Shown: in pieces, positions 62,802 through 64,000 of the stretch
Layout: each line of letters opens with the position of its first letter
Numbering within the stretch: the stretch's first letter is position 1
Source: Azolla caroliniana
Lineage: Eukaryota; Plantae; Polypodiophyta
Reading direction: 5' to 3'
Assembly: GCA_043228905.1 (NCBI GenBank)
Contig: JBHGNT010000008.1
Coordinates: forward strand, 5,704,001-5,768,000
DNA: 64,000 nt
Position numbers and translations under genes: made by a program
Notes under the pieces: model-generated
The model's database searches: none
What the model was told of the DNA's origin: nothing
What the model saw: only the letters and a program-made list of their open reading frames with translations

Positions 62802-63480
62802 TGTCGAGACTCGTGGGTAGGAGATAGAGTGAGAGCGATGGCGATAGCGAAAGAGAGAGGGTGTGTGTGTGTGTGCGTGAGAGAGAGAGAGTGAGAGAGA
62901 GTGAGAGAGAGTGAGAGAGATAAGACTTGAAATAGAAATGAGATTATATTATGATGAAACAAGATTACAATGAGTAGGCTAAGGGCCAAAGAGTGGTGTT
63001 GATCCGAATGAGTTGAAATGAATGTATGGACACTTATTTATAGATCTTTATGGAGTATTCTAGAATGTTCTAGAATATTTTAGATTTTTATGATAATAAA
63101 TATAATCATGAAATATTAAAGGATGTTCTAGAATAATCTAGAATGTTCTAGAATATTCTAATGTTCTAGAATAATCTAGAATGTTCTAGAATATTCTAAT
63201 GTTCTAGAATAATCTAGAATGTTCTAGAATAATCTAGAATGTTCTAGAATAATTATTTTAATTACACAACATATATGTTATTACAATGGTTAAGGGTTCA
63301 ACACATAGACCATGGTTTAGTTTCCGCCTCGCCAAAGAAGTCATGGGTTCGATTCTTGATAAGCCAAAATGTTGTCTTTAGACCTTGGCCTACTCATTTT
63401 AATCTTGTTTCATCATAATATAATCTCATTTCTATTTAAAGTCTTATCTCTCTCACTCTCTCTCTCTCACATGCTATCGT
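62802..63480 (-). mobile_element. LTR-like insertion related to the chromovirus LTR architecture, with a long inverted repeat and TTCTAGAA repeats
   Basis: Starts TGTCG where pol stops; GA microsatellite, ATATTATG, TTTATAG, TCTAGA repeats and GGGTTCGATTC appear in the same order as in 4760-5208; far end and TSD not resolved. Confidence 0.55.
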
Positions 63481-64000
63481 GATGTTTCTAACACATAGTG
63501 TGAAACCACCCTCGAAAAGAAGTAAAATAGTAGTTCAAATAAACTAGTATTGTGAAGTCAACTTTATTGGTAGAAAAAAAATACTTCTTCATTTTACAAA
63601 GATAATTCCTTATAAATAAATTGTCAAAGGATTGAACCTTACAATAAATAATGATGAATATTAAGTTAGAGGCGGTTTTCAAAAGTAGACAAAAGTAGAA
63701 AAAAAAAAACATGCGTGGATATGAGGAGCACAGTAACAAAAAAGCGCATAATTTCCTCGTCAAATGTCCAAATTAGAAAAGAAAAGATTTATAAGAAAGC
63801 TAACCCAAAGAGCTTTCCAAGAATATCTTGCATGTGAAATTTGGCACTAGAAAACAGAAATAGTGAGGAAAAGAAAAGTCAACTCATATAGACAAGCTTT
63901 TTTTTTAGGGGAAAAAGGCAAGCAATCCTAAAACTATAAATAAGAGCCTATTCTAGTGAAGAAGGGGGGGAGGGAGAAGGAATGCAGAAGCTCTACTCAA

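Noticed and set aside
63494-64000. AT-rich terminal segment starting CATAGTG, possible second hAT element or gene flank
   Set aside because: Other end lies outside the window and the 91-aa ORF has no recognisable motif.

Overview
Eukaryotic heterochromatin-like window, probably from a non-seed land plant (inferred from the element types). It is made almost entirely of nested LTR retrotransposons, with no intact host gene, rRNA, true tRNA or CRISPR array. Target-site duplications (TSDs) read directly from the sequence resolve the nesting. A copia host (14324 to at least 58503) contains a Tork/Tnt1-like copia (17331-22624) and a chromovirus (22781-56568). That chromovirus contains a second Tork-like copia (26198-44278) and a tRNA-Trp-primed gypsy (46187-55481). 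The second copia contains a young gypsy with an extra ORF (31563-41402), a solo LTR and a 1.9-kb captured segment. Main discoveries: (1) the captured segment carries three spliceable exons of a bacterial-type beta-class N4C/N6A DNA methyltransferase, in frame with copia gag; (2) the young gypsy has a tRNA 3'-end copy (ending CCA) where its polypurine tract should be, suggesting two tRNA primer sites; (3) a tRNA-like A/B-box module is shared by LTRs of unrelated gypsy families; (4) the chromoviruses show a Tf1-style self-priming signature; (5) a 54-bp array of about 37 copies has expanded inside a solo LTR. All calls were made by eye without database searches, and tRNA identities are from recalled plant tRNA 3' ends.
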